NCBI GenBank assembly: GCA_944323955.1
Contig: CALUUK010000001.1
Coordinates: 312,314 to 376,313 of the forward strand
Direction of reading: 5' to 3'
DNA from: Candidatus Gastranaerophilales bacterium
GTDB taxonomy: Bacteria > Cyanobacteriota > Vampirovibrionia > Gastranaerophilales > Gastranaerophilaceae
DNA length: 64,000 nucleotides
Made by a program: the position numbers and the translations under genes
Part shown: positions 47,356 through 56,905 of the stretch, one piece after another
Position numbering within the stretch: the first letter of the stretch is position 1
Layout of the letters: each line of letters begins with the position of its first letter
The notes under the pieces: generated by a model
Seen by the model: the letters and a program-made list of their open reading frames with translations, nothing else
Databases searched by the model: none
Told to the model about the DNA's origin: nothing

Positions 47356-48936
47356 TTACTTACCTCTAAAAAAACGCGGCAAATACTTTCTCAAAAAATT
47401 ACAAACTTTTCCATTTGAATTTGAATCAAAAGAAATTGTCATTTCGCTGACAAAACTATACTTATCATGTGACTTCATATTTTCTGCTTGTATTTGCTCT
47501 TTTAATATATTAATTTTTTCTTCATTTTTATACGGATCTTTTGCTAATTTTATTACTTGATTCCTAATTTGATGAAATTGAGTTAAATATATCAAATCAG
47601 CCCATACTTTTTTTTCAGGTTGTTGAACATAAGAAGAATTAACAGGTTCCAAGAATTTTGAATTTTGTTCTTCAAACGACGCACAGAATATTTTTCCCAA
47701 ATCTTCTTCTGAATATATTCCTTTTTCTAAAATATTTTTTGCAATTTCAGCACCGGGCTGAATAGCAAGTTGGTGGAGTTCATATACAAAAGGGGGCTCC
47801 AATTTTAAACACAAGTCAAATGTTTCTTTAAGTTCTTCCAATGTTTCAAGCGGATGGCAAATCATTAAATCATAATATACTTCCGGTATCTTATGGGAAG
47901 CAATAATTTTACTTGCTTCAATAATTTGTTCATTTGTTTCCGGTCTATTAAAAATTTTATTTCTCACATTAGGAGACCCTGATTGAAACCCAACAACAAT
48001 TCTACGTAATCCGGCACTTTTAAGCATTCCAATTATATCTTTTTTTACCATTGCCGGATGTCCCCATATATGAAAAGGAATGCCAATTTCTCTTTTATAT
48101 GCTTTACAAAATTCTGAAATCCATTTTTTATCATTAGAAAAAACTTCATCCCAAAATCTTATTATTTTTATATGCGGATTCTTTTTTTTTGCTTCTAACA
48201 GCTCAGAAATCACATTAGTAACTGACCTGAAACGTAAATACTCACCTTTTCCTTTATAAATTTTTCTCATATTTGAAGAACAACAAAAAGAACAACTAAA
48301 AGGGCAGCCTCTTGATGCTGATGTTTCATAAAATGCTATGGATAATTGCGGGTCTCCTTTTATAATTTGATTATTATCAATAAGATACATATCTCCGCCT
48401 ATTTTAGGGTATGCAACAATATCCAAATTTTCAGTTAATGGTTCAAGTTCATTTTCAATGTATTCATTTTTTTTATTATAATAACTTAAATTAGGTATAT
48501 TCCCCCAATATTCATTATTTTGAAGAGCTCTGGCTAATTTTAAAATAACTTTCTCTCCTTCGCCCCTTATAACAATATCACAATATTCAGCACATTCTTT
48601 TGGGCTTGATGATGCCCAAAAGCCACCGGAAACAAATGTTTTATTTATATCATTATGCAGAAAATCTATTAATGGCTTAATTTCATTAATAATTAATGAA
48701 GTATGCAAGCTGAGACCAACAAATAAATAATCTTCCTGTTCAATCAATTGTTTTAATAACATAAGCTCTTCTTTTGTTATCGGTTTTGACGAATAAAGAG
48801 CTTGTAATTCTTTTACAAAAATAATAGTAGTAGGGAAACCATTTTTACTTAGATAATTTGCAAGATGTCTTACTCCTGGCGCTTTTTCCAGATACGGAAT
48901 GATTAGTAAAACTTTATTTTTTTTTACATTTGTCAT
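47356..48936 (-). CDS. Cobalamin-binding-domain radical SAM protein, array paralog 3
   Basis: FVSGGFWASSSPKECAEYCDIVIRGEGE; ASRGCPFSCSFCCSS; IRFWDEVF; GFQSGSPNVRNKIFNRPETNEQII; VWADLIYLTQF. The start is moved to Met15 (MTNVKKNKVLL) by homology with its paralogs. Confidence 0.85.
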   Translation of the reverse strand: MTNVKKNKVLLIIPYLEKAPGVRHLANYLSKNGFPTTIIFVKELQALYSSKPITKEELMLLKQLIEQEDYLFVGLSLHTSLIINEIKPLIDFLHNDINKTFVSGGFWASSSPKECAEYCDIVIRGEGEKVILKLARALQNNEYWGNIPNLSYYNKKNEYIENELEPLTENLDIVAYPKIGGDMYLIDNNQIIKGDPQLSIAFYETSASRGCPFSCSFCCSSNMRKIYKGKGEYLRFRSVTNVISELLEAKKKNPHIKIIRFWDEVFSNDKKWISEFCKAYKREIGIPFHIWGHPAMVKKDIIGMLKSAGLRRIVVGFQSGSPNVRNKIFNRPETNEQIIEASKIIASHKIPEVYYDLMICHPLETLEELKETFDLCLKLEPPFVYELHQLAIQPGAEIAKNILEKGIYSEEDLGKIFCASFEEQNSKFLEPVNSSYVQQPEKKVWADLIYLTQFHQIRNQVIKLAKDPYKNEEKINILKEQIQAENMKSHDKYSFVSEMTISFDSNSNGKVCNFLRKYLPRFFRGK

Positions 48937-49008
48937 TAATTTCACCCTGCAAAACATACGAAAAAATACATTTTTCAAATATTTACCAAATTATAACATA
49001 AATTTATT

Positions 49009-50562
49009 TTATTGTTTAAGATTTAAGAGTTTTTTGAATACCTGCAGCAGTCCTTTTTTTATAACATATTTATCTTGTTCTTCAAATGGTAAACTTTCAA
49101 TTTTTGTTTTTAATTCTTTTATTTTTTCTTTATTTTTTTCTGCGTATTTTGACAGACTTAAAATTTCTGACCGTAAATTATGAAATTGAGTCAAATAAAT
49201 TAAATCTGCCCATACCGCTTTTTTGTCTTCTTCTCCGTAATAACCTTTATTTATACCGTAAAAAAATTTTAATTGATTCTTTTCGTCTGCTAAAAACATA
49301 TCATTTAATTCTTCTCGTGTATAAATTCCTTTTTCGATTGCAATATCAACAATATCTGTTCCGGGTAAAAAACCAAGTCCGTGTATATTTAAACGAAACG
49401 GAGGTTCTAATTGCAAACACAACTCAAAGGTTTCTTTTATCTCACTTAAATTTTCCAGCGGATGACAAATCATTAAATCATAATATACTTCCGGTATCTT
49501 ATAATAACTTATTATTTTACTGGCTTTTACTATTTGTTCATTTGTTTCTCGTCTTCTGAATATATTATTTCTTACATTAGGTGAACCTGATTGAAAACCG
49601 ACAACAATTCTTTGAAGACCGGCATCAGCGAGAAGTTTTAATATATCTTCTTTAATAGCAAGAGGATGCCCCCATATATGAAAAGGTAAATCAATTTCCT
49701 TTTTATATCTGTCTACAAAGTTTTCAATCCAAGCGGGATCCGTAGAAAATACCTCATCCCAAAATCTTATTTCTTTTATATTGGGATTTTTACTTATAGC
49801 ATCATTCAATTCTTCAAATACATTATCGACACTTCTAAAGCGTAAATATTTACCTTTTCCTTGATAAAGACTACGAAATTTAGATGAATAACAATAAGAA
49901 CAGTTGAACGGACAACCTCTTGAACACGTTAATTCATAAAAGTCAGTACTTAGCTGGGGATCTTGATTAATTACGGTATCCCCTTCAATAAAATACATAT
50001 TGTTACCGCCAATAAGCGGATAACCAATATAATCTAAATTTTGTACGGCAGTATCGATTTCATTTTTTATATATTCACCATTTTGATTAAAATAGCACAA
50101 GTTAGGAATGGTTGTCCAATCCTGATTTTGCTGAAAGGCAATTGCAAGATTAAGAAGAGAAAGCTCTCCTTCTCCTCTGATAACTATATCTGCTTTTTTT
50201 GCACATTGTTCGTGCATAATAGTAGGATATGCGCCACCTATAATTAATGGGATTTTATAATTATTTCTTATCAAATCTATTATCTTTTGAATTTCCGAAA
50301 GAGTAAAAGAACTGAGAATGCTTAATCCGATAAACAAGTATTCTTTTTTATCAACTATTTCCCTGAAAAGAGAAAGTTCTTTGTCAGAAATAGGTTTTGT
50401 ATTATAGATATTCCCTTTTAAAAAAACAACCGTAGGGTTAAATCCATTCTTTTTCAAATAATTTGCCAGATATCTTACTCCCGGTGCTTTTTCGTTATAA
50501 ATAGTTAATAATAACACATTATTATTAGATAAATTTTTACTTGTTTTTGTAGTTTCCGACAT
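49009..50562 (-). CDS. Cobalamin-binding-domain radical SAM protein, array paralog 2
   Basis: PLIIGGAYPTIMHEQCAKKADIVIRGEGE; CSRGCPFNCSYCYSS; IRFWDEVF; GFQSGSPNVRNNIFRRRETNEQIV; VWADLIYLTQF. The start is moved to Met14 (MSETTKTS), behind GGGGA. Confidence 0.85.
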   Translation of the reverse strand: MSETTKTSKNLSNNNVLLLTIYNEKAPGVRYLANYLKKNGFNPTVVFLKGNIYNTKPISDKELSLFREIVDKKEYLFIGLSILSSFTLSEIQKIIDLIRNNYKIPLIIGGAYPTIMHEQCAKKADIVIRGEGELSLLNLAIAFQQNQDWTTIPNLCYFNQNGEYIKNEIDTAVQNLDYIGYPLIGGNNMYFIEGDTVINQDPQLSTDFYELTCSRGCPFNCSYCYSSKFRSLYQGKGKYLRFRSVDNVFEELNDAISKNPNIKEIRFWDEVFSTDPAWIENFVDRYKKEIDLPFHIWGHPLAIKEDILKLLADAGLQRIVVGFQSGSPNVRNNIFRRRETNEQIVKASKIISYYKIPEVYYDLMICHPLENLSEIKETFELCLQLEPPFRLNIHGLGFLPGTDIVDIAIEKGIYTREELNDMFLADEKNQLKFFYGINKGYYGEEDKKAVWADLIYLTQFHNLRSEILSLSKYAEKNKEKIKELKTKIESLPFEEQDKYVIKKGLLQVFKKLLNLKQ

Positions 50563-50626
50563 GTATGTTCCCCAAAGAAAATCATTATATAAAGCTATCA
50601 TAGCAAAAAAAATATATTAAAAATAA

Positions 50627-52177
50627 CTATTTATTTTTAATCTTGTACAATAATGGAAAAAACACATTGGCTATTTTTTTTATAAATTTGGTTTGGGATA
50701 AAGATAAATTTTCTGTTTTATTGGGTATTTTTTCAATCTTCGCTCTTAACTTTTTTATTTTTTTGACATTTTTATATGGATTACTTGAAAGTTTAATAAC
50801 TTTATCTCTAATACATTCAAATTGTGTCAAAAAAATCAAGTCTGATAATATTTCTTTTTTTGGTTCATAATAATGTTGTCCGCCTGCCGGAGTTCTTAAT
50901 ATCTTGTCTTGTTCTTGAAAAGAAAGGTTATTCCAAGTATTAAAATCTTCTTGTGTATAAAAGCCTTGCTTTAAAGCAATATTTGTAATATCCGCTCCGG
51001 GTAGAAAATACAAACCATGAATTTCCAAATTAAAAGGAAATTTTAGCTGCAAACACAAATTAAAAGTTTCTTCTAATTCTTTTATACTTTCAAGAGGATG
51101 ACCAATCATTAAATCATAATAAACTTCAGGAATTTTAAAAGAACTCAATATCTCACTAGCTTTGATTATTTGTTCATTCGTTTCAAATCTTCTAAAAATA
51201 TTATTACGAACATTTGGAGAACCGGATTGTATACCAACAACTATTCGTTTCAGCCCTGCATCAGAAAGCATAGATATTAAATCTTTTTTTATCATAAGAG
51301 GATGTCCCCATATATGAAATGGTATACCTATCTCTTTTTTATATCTTTCAGTAAATGTTTCTACCCAACCTTTTTGGCTAGAAAAAACTTCATCCCAAAA
51401 TCTTATTTCTTTTATATTGGGATTTTTGCTTATTGCTTCTTTCAGTTCTGAAATTACATTATCTACACTTCTAAAACGTAAATATATACCTTTATTTTTA
51501 TACAAACGGCGTACATTTGAAGAGCAACAATAAGAACAATTATAAGGACATCCTCGAGAACAAGCTGTCTCGTAGAATTCTGTTGTCAAAAGAGGATTTG
51601 ATTTTTGAATTACAGAATTTTCTATTATATACATATCAACAGAATCAACAAACCCATAGCCAACAGAATCTATATTAGAAATTAGCGGAGCTAATTCATT
51701 TTCAATATATTTGTTATTGGTTTCATCAAAATAACATAAGTTTGGTATACTATGCCAATCTTGATTTTTTTGAAAAGCCTCTGCAAGCATTAGCATTGAG
51801 GTTTCACCTTCACCACGTATCGCAATATCAGCATACTTTGCTGCTTCCTGAGGCACACTTGTTACGTAGGCACCGCCCATAATAACAGGAATATTAAAAT
51901 TCTGCTTAATAAATTTATAAATTTCTTTTGCATCTTGTAAAGTAAAACAAGATAAAATACTTATTCCTACATATAAAAATTTTTGTGAAGCTATTACCTC
52001 TTTCAATAAAGCAAGTTCCTTATTGGTTATAGGACTTGGATTATACATATTTATCCCCATAAAAACAATTGTAGGTTCAAAACCGTTATTTTTAAGAAAG
52101 TTGGCAATACATCTAAGCCCCATAGGTTTATCATTATGGGTAATAATCAATAACACTTTATTATTTAGGTCAGACAT
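50627..52177 (-). CDS. Cobalamin-binding-domain radical SAM protein, array paralog 1
   Basis: PVIMGGAYVTSVPQEAAKYADIAIRGEGE; CSRGCPYNCSYCCSS; IRFWDEVF; GIQSGSPNVRNNIFRRFETNEQII; ILSDLIFLTQF. Confidence 0.85.
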   Translation of the reverse strand: MSDLNNKVLLIITHNDKPMGLRCIANFLKNNGFEPTIVFMGINMYNPSPITNKELALLKEVIASQKFLYVGISILSCFTLQDAKEIYKFIKQNFNIPVIMGGAYVTSVPQEAAKYADIAIRGEGETSMLMLAEAFQKNQDWHSIPNLCYFDETNNKYIENELAPLISNIDSVGYGFVDSVDMYIIENSVIQKSNPLLTTEFYETACSRGCPYNCSYCCSSNVRRLYKNKGIYLRFRSVDNVISELKEAISKNPNIKEIRFWDEVFSSQKGWVETFTERYKKEIGIPFHIWGHPLMIKKDLISMLSDAGLKRIVVGIQSGSPNVRNNIFRRFETNEQIIKASEILSSFKIPEVYYDLMIGHPLESIKELEETFNLCLQLKFPFNLEIHGLYFLPGADITNIALKQGFYTQEDFNTWNNLSFQEQDKILRTPAGGQHYYEPKKEILSDLIFLTQFECIRDKVIKLSSNPYKNVKKIKKLRAKIEKIPNKTENLSLSQTKFIKKIANVFFPLLYKIKNK

Positions 52178-52208
52178 AACAAACCAATTTTACCATAAAT
52201 ATCTTATA

Positions 52209-53279
52209 TTAGCATTTCTTTTGCATTTTAACACTATTTCTATATATATTATTGGCAGTTTGGTTAAAATATCTGTATTTTAACAAATCATACAATTGAA
52301 ATAAAATATTTTTTTTCACATCCGAAGTATTTAAACACTGTGAAAAGAAAGAATATGTTTCGGTTGAGAAACCTTGTTTATGCGAATATTTTTCAAACTT
52401 TTGAACCAGACAAATCAATGTGCTGTCAACTTTGTGTTTTAATTCTCTTGCATATTTTGCATCCAAATCTATTATTATATTTTTTACGCCGATTTCAGAT
52501 GCCGTATTCAGAAACTTTTTAAATTCGCCAAAATTATCATTTATTGTAGGTATAACAATATATTTCAGTGCAATTTCACCCTGATTAATACCATTTGAAG
52601 CATAAATTTTCAAATTTTTAACAACTATATCGAAGGCATCAACTCTTTTTATTTTTTTGTAAGTTTTTTTTGAACCTGAATCCAAAGAAACAATAATGCA
52701 GGCAGCACCATTTTTTATTGCGGAATTTAACTCTTGGGAAAATTTTATGGCATTAGTCGGAATATAAACTTTAGCAAAACCTGAAAGTGCAAATTCTTCT
52801 AAAAGCTGATTACATTCTTTGTAAATTGTGAATTCTCCTCCGCCGATATGAAGTTCAACTCCTTGTTTTATAATACCCTGCTCTTTAAGACTCCGCAGCA
52901 CCGGCAGAATTTCATATGTATCATTTGTTCTTTCGCTTTGTTCAAGATTATTGGAACAATAAATACAATTTGCATTGCAGTTGCTGAAATGCGTTATCGT
53001 AACAGAGTTTATAAAAGGCGTTTCATCCCACTCTTTTTCTTCAAGATGATAACAATTCAGGCATTCTTTCGGACAGCCGCCTTTTTTAAAAATTGCAACA
53101 TAATCATTTATTTTTTGAAAAAGCTCTTCTTTAGATAAAGACTCACCTTTATAAGGGGAAATGATAACAGGAGGATGTCCGCCGTTAACTTGATCGTTCG
53201 GAGAAAAGCAGCAAGATACAAGGTCTTTTTCAAAGAAACATAAACCGTGCTGTATTAAATTACAACATTTATATTTCAT
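52209..53279 (-). CDS. Radical SAM protein (no B12 domain) with a Cys-rich N-terminus, head of the array
   Basis: THFSNCNANCIYCSN (CxxxCxxC), HIGGGEFTIY (GGE SAM motif), SLDSGSKKTYKKIKR. Extra cysteines occur in MKYKCCNLIQHGLCFFEKDLVSCCF and GGCPKECLNCYH. It is not alignable to the seven downstream paralogs outside the radical SAM core. Confidence 0.8.
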   Translation of the reverse strand: MKYKCCNLIQHGLCFFEKDLVSCCFSPNDQVNGGHPPVIISPYKGESLSKEELFQKINDYVAIFKKGGCPKECLNCYHLEEKEWDETPFINSVTITHFSNCNANCIYCSNNLEQSERTNDTYEILPVLRSLKEQGIIKQGVELHIGGGEFTIYKECNQLLEEFALSGFAKVYIPTNAIKFSQELNSAIKNGAACIIVSLDSGSKKTYKKIKRVDAFDIVVKNLKIYASNGINQGEIALKYIVIPTINDNFGEFKKFLNTASEIGVKNIIIDLDAKYARELKHKVDSTLICLVQKFEKYSHKQGFSTETYSFFSQCLNTSDVKKNILFQLYDLLKYRYFNQTANNIYRNSVKMQKKC

Positions 53280-53288
53280 TTTTCCTCA

Positions 53289-53753
53289 TTAAAACTGTTT
53301 TAAAATATTTGCCATTTCAATAGCTGATTTTGCAGCCTCAGAACCTTTATTACCCGCTTTTGTTCCGGCTCTTTCAATAGCTTGTTCTATATTATCGCAG
53401 GTCAAAACACCGAATATTACCGGAACTCCCGTTTCCAAAGAAACAGCGGCAATACCTTTTGAAACCTCAGCGCAAACGTAATCATAATGTGATGTAGAAC
53501 CCTTTATAACAGCCCCCAGCGTAATTACTGCCGCATATTTATTTGTTTTTGCGGCTTTCTTTGCAATAAGAGGTATTTCAAATGCTCCTGGAACCCAAAT
53601 AATATCAATATTATTTTGATCGGCACCATGTCTTTTCAGCTCATCAATTGCACCTGATAACAATCTGGAGCCTATAAACTCATTAAATCTTGCAACAACA
53701 ATGCAAAATCTCTCATCTTTAACCGTTAACATTCCTTCTATTATATTTGACAT
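53289..53753 (-). CDS. ribH: 6,7-dimethyl-8-ribityllumazine synthase
   Basis: [12 protein letters not shown]...[10 protein letters not shown]...[17 protein letters not shown]...[20 protein letters not shown]. Confidence 0.95.
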   Translation of the reverse strand: MSNIIEGMLTVKDERFCIVVARFNEFIGSRLLSGAIDELKRHGADQNNIDIIWVPGAFEIPLIAKKAAKTNKYAAVITLGAVIKGSTSHYDYVCAEVSKGIAAVSLETGVPVIFGVLTCDNIEQAIERAGTKAGNKGSEAAKSAIEMANILKQF

Positions 53754-53824
53754 AATGCCTCCAATATCTTCTTATTAGATTTTACAATACGGCAAAAAAA
53801 TATTAAACAGCATAAAAAAATAAT

Positions 53825-54748
53825 TTACATGTTCTTTAAGAAATGTTTATAAATATCAACAAATGCTTTATCTCTCACAAGCTGCTCAATTAATTTTTGT
53901 TTGTTTTGAAACTTCATTTGTTCTCTTATTTTTGTTATGAAAGAAATTTTTATGTTTTTACCGTAAATATCTTCATTAAAATCAATAATATGCACTTCTG
54001 TTTTTAATTTTTGTTCGTTACTTATTGTAGGGGCAAAACCATAATTTAAAATTCCGTTATAAATTTTATTTTCAACCTGAACTTTAACAAAGTAAACTCC
54101 AAACGGAATCTCAATTTTTTCATCGGGGTAATAAATATTTGCAGAAGGAAACCCTAAAGCGCGCGCAATTTTATCACCTTGAATAACCGCTCCGCCCAGA
54201 AAAAACTCATAACCGAGCATTTCATTCGCACTTACAAAATCACCCAGATTTATTTTATTCCTTATCGCTGAACAACTTATAACATTACCATCAATAACAA
54301 AAGGCGGAACCTCATAATATTTATATCCGTATTTTTCCGAGCAAGCACGCAAAAAGTCAGTATTGCCTTCTTTATTAAAACCGAAATAATGATTAAAACC
54401 CGTAGAAACAGCTATTGGAGAAAAGTATTTAACTATAACATTTTTAAGATAATCTTCCGCTTTAATATGAGAGTAATCATTAAAATTAAGCAAAACAACA
54501 TTATCAATACCGATATCCGAAAGCATCTGAAGTTTCTCATTCAAAGTAAGTATCTGGGACACTTTCTGATTAGTCAGAATATTTAACGGATGCTCTTTAA
54601 AAGTTATTACGCACGATTGGGTATTATTTTTTTTTGCAATATGAACGGCATTTTTTAAAACAACACGATGTCCCAAATGGAGTCCGTCAAAAAAACCCAG
54701 TGCAAGTGATGTTTTATTAATATATGTTAATTGATTAAAAATATGCAT
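53825..54748 (-). CDS. ribF: Bifunctional riboflavin kinase / FMN adenylyltransferase
   Basis: LALGFFDGLHLGHRVV (FAD synthetase motif) and ARALGFPSANI...EVHIIDFNEDIYG (riboflavin kinase domain). Confidence 0.9.
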   Translation of the reverse strand: MHIFNQLTYINKTSLALGFFDGLHLGHRVVLKNAVHIAKKNNTQSCVITFKEHPLNILTNQKVSQILTLNEKLQMLSDIGIDNVVLLNFNDYSHIKAEDYLKNVIVKYFSPIAVSTGFNHYFGFNKEGNTDFLRACSEKYGYKYYEVPPFVIDGNVISCSAIRNKINLGDFVSANEMLGYEFFLGGAVIQGDKIARALGFPSANIYYPDEKIEIPFGVYFVKVQVENKIYNGILNYGFAPTISNEQKLKTEVHIIDFNEDIYGKNIKISFITKIREQMKFQNKQKLIEQLVRDKAFVDIYKHFLKNM

Positions 54749-54775
54749 AGGTTAATTATAGACAAAAATAAAAAT

Positions 54776-56905
54776 ATGTTGAATACTGATTTTATGGAGA
54801 AGACGGATATTTACAATATTAATAAAGAAAATGCCCCATGCATATATGATTCTTGGGAAAATCATCTCGGTGCATATTTTATGGAGGATGGAAAAATTGT
54901 CTTCAAACTCTTTACTTTTAATGATGTAAAAAGCGTAAAACTTGAGATTAAAATTCCCGGAGAAGAAATAAAATCATATAATATGAACCTTAAAAAAAAC
55001 GGAATTTGGGAGATTGTTCTTGAGAAAGGAGCCGCAAACCATTCTGACAGATACAGATTTGTAATTGAATATAAAAACGGTGAAATAATAAAAGTAAAAG
55101 ATCCTTGTTCAATGCACCAGGAAGCATATTTTAAATGGTCTAAAATATATAATCACTCTCTGTTTAACTGGACCGATAAAAATTGGACTTGCTACAAAGA
55201 TAAAAGAAGAATCTCTAGACTTTCCGATGCAAGAAATGCACTTTCTCCCGTCAAGTCGCTTTCTATTTATGAAATGCACATCGGAACATTTACAAAAGAA
55301 GGAACATTTAAAGCAGCGACAGAGCAGCTAAAATACATAGCGGACCTTAATTTTAACGCAATAGAAATAATGCCGGTGGAAAACACTTATTCATTTAACT
55401 GGGGATATGACGGAGTTGATAAGTATGCACCAAACCATACATACGGGCATCCTGACGATTTAAAAGAACTTATTAATACGGCACATGGTCTTGGTTTAAA
55501 TGTCATAATGGATATTGTTCCAAATCATCTCGGACCTGATATTGCAGAGCTCAATAAAACAGGACCTTATATAGAGGGAACAAATTGTTTCGGTTATAAA
55601 TTTAATTTTGAAAAAGAATGTTCGGATTCGGTTCGTGATTTTATAACCGGAGCAGCATTAAACTGGCTTATAAATTACCACTGCGACGGATTAAGAGTTG
55701 ATATGACAAAATTTATGTGCAGTGATTATACTATGAAACAGCTTGTTGCCGAAGTAAATTATCATGTTCCGCATGCTTTTTTAATTGCGGAAGACGGCAG
55801 AGATAATGATCCCAGAGTTACAAAACCTCTGACAGAAGAAGAAGTTAAAGAAAATAATACTTCTCATAATACATTCATTGAAAAAATAAAGAAAAACAAA
55901 GTATCCTTGTCAAACCTTGGTTTTGACTCAGAATGGGATTTTCTTTTCCATAAGCAAATAGCCGCATCGGTACTTGGTTCCTGGGATTGCAGGATTAAGA
56001 ACATAAATAATCTCGATTATTCGCTCAGAGCGGCACAGGAACGGGTTAAATATGCAATGAGCCACGACGAAATAGGAAATATTGACGGAACAAGACTCGT
56101 GACAAAAATTGTTGCGAATCTGTTAAAACTTACAAAAAATATGTGCTATTGCGGTCCGTCAGAAGTATGTCAGAAAGCTGCTCATGCAGCTCAAAAAATA
56201 CTTAATGAACTGGTAACCGGCCGACTTGAAAAAATGAGCGAACAAGAAAGACAAGACTTTTTTACAAGCCTTGAAATAAAAGAGGTCTTTACCGTTCAGG
56301 AAATCTATTATGCATATTTAAGTGCAATAAAAATGCATAAACTTGTACTTGGAAAAGTATATTCAATTCCCGGTCCCAAAATGGTTTTTCAGGGAGATGA
56401 GTCTGCAAATCTCGCCTATTTCAAATTTTTCAGAAAAGTTTCAACAGGAAAAGAAACATACCTTCTGGATAAAGGATATGAACCGGGAATAAGCGCATTT
56501 TATGACTCAAAACTCTGTACTTTTAATACTTGCACCGACTATGAAAAAATTAATTTTTCAATAAAAGAATATATGAAAGATTTAAACATTTTATGTAAAG
56601 AGAATACCTCTCTTCAAACGGGAACAATAGATAAAACAGTTACGCATGAACTGTCGGATATCCACGCAATTTATACAAACGGAAATAATAATGAAATATT
56701 TTCAATTTCTAATTTTTCCAAACAATCATATTATAAGAATTACGGTATCTTATTTCCAAAAGGACAATGGCGGGAAGTATTAAATTCCGATGATGAAAAG
56801 TACTTTGGCAGCGGGAAATATCACAATGAAGAACTGTCAAAAGATCCTTACAAGTACATTTCAATTTCATCATACAGTATAATATTCTTCAAAAGAATCG
56901 ACTAA
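54776..56905 (+). CDS. GH13 alpha-glucan-active enzyme with a CBM48-like N-terminus (TreZ/GlgB/GlgX-like)
   Basis: YEMHIGTFT, WGYDGV..YAPNHTYG, GH13 regions DIVPNH, GLRVDMTKF, LIAEDG, MSHDEIG. The start is uncertain (ATG 54776 or 54794); the track start 54731 overlaps ribF. Confidence 0.75.
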   Translation: MLNTDFMEKTDIYNINKENAPCIYDSWENHLGAYFMEDGKIVFKLFTFNDVKSVKLEIKIPGEEIKSYNMNLKKNGIWEIVLEKGAANHSDRYRFVIEYKNGEIIKVKDPCSMHQEAYFKWSKIYNHSLFNWTDKNWTCYKDKRRISRLSDARNALSPVKSLSIYEMHIGTFTKEGTFKAATEQLKYIADLNFNAIEIMPVENTYSFNWGYDGVDKYAPNHTYGHPDDLKELINTAHGLGLNVIMDIVPNHLGPDIAELNKTGPYIEGTNCFGYKFNFEKECSDSVRDFITGAALNWLINYHCDGLRVDMTKFMCSDYTMKQLVAEVNYHVPHAFLIAEDGRDNDPRVTKPLTEEEVKENNTSHNTFIEKIKKNKVSLSNLGFDSEWDFLFHKQIAASVLGSWDCRIKNINNLDYSLRAAQERVKYAMSHDEIGNIDGTRLVTKIVANLLKLTKNMCYCGPSEVCQKAAHAAQKILNELVTGRLEKMSEQERQDFFTSLEIKEVFTVQEIYYAYLSAIKMHKLVLGKVYSIPGPKMVFQGDESANLAYFKFFRKVSTGKETYLLDKGYEPGISAFYDSKLCTFNTCTDYEKINFSIKEYMKDLNILCKENTSLQTGTIDKTVTHELSDIHAIYTNGNNNEIFSISNFSKQSYYKNYGILFPKGQWREVLNSDDEKYFGSGKYHNEELSKDPYKYISISSYSIIFFKRID

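Noticed and set aside
48937-49008. A RiPP precursor peptide hidden in the intergenic gaps of the radical SAM array. I also checked 50563-50626, 52178-52208 and 53280-53288.
   Set aside because: None of the gaps (9-72 nt) contains a start codon followed by an open frame of useful length on the minus strand. They contain only RBS- or promoter-like AT-rich sequence.
53754-53824. An FMN riboswitch (RFN element) upstream of ribH or ribF.
   Set aside because: The ribF-ribH spacer is 71 nt and the region upstream of ribF (54749-54775) is under 30 nt. Neither can hold an RFN element of about 140 nt, and I see no conserved GGATTC/GGGCAG-type segments.
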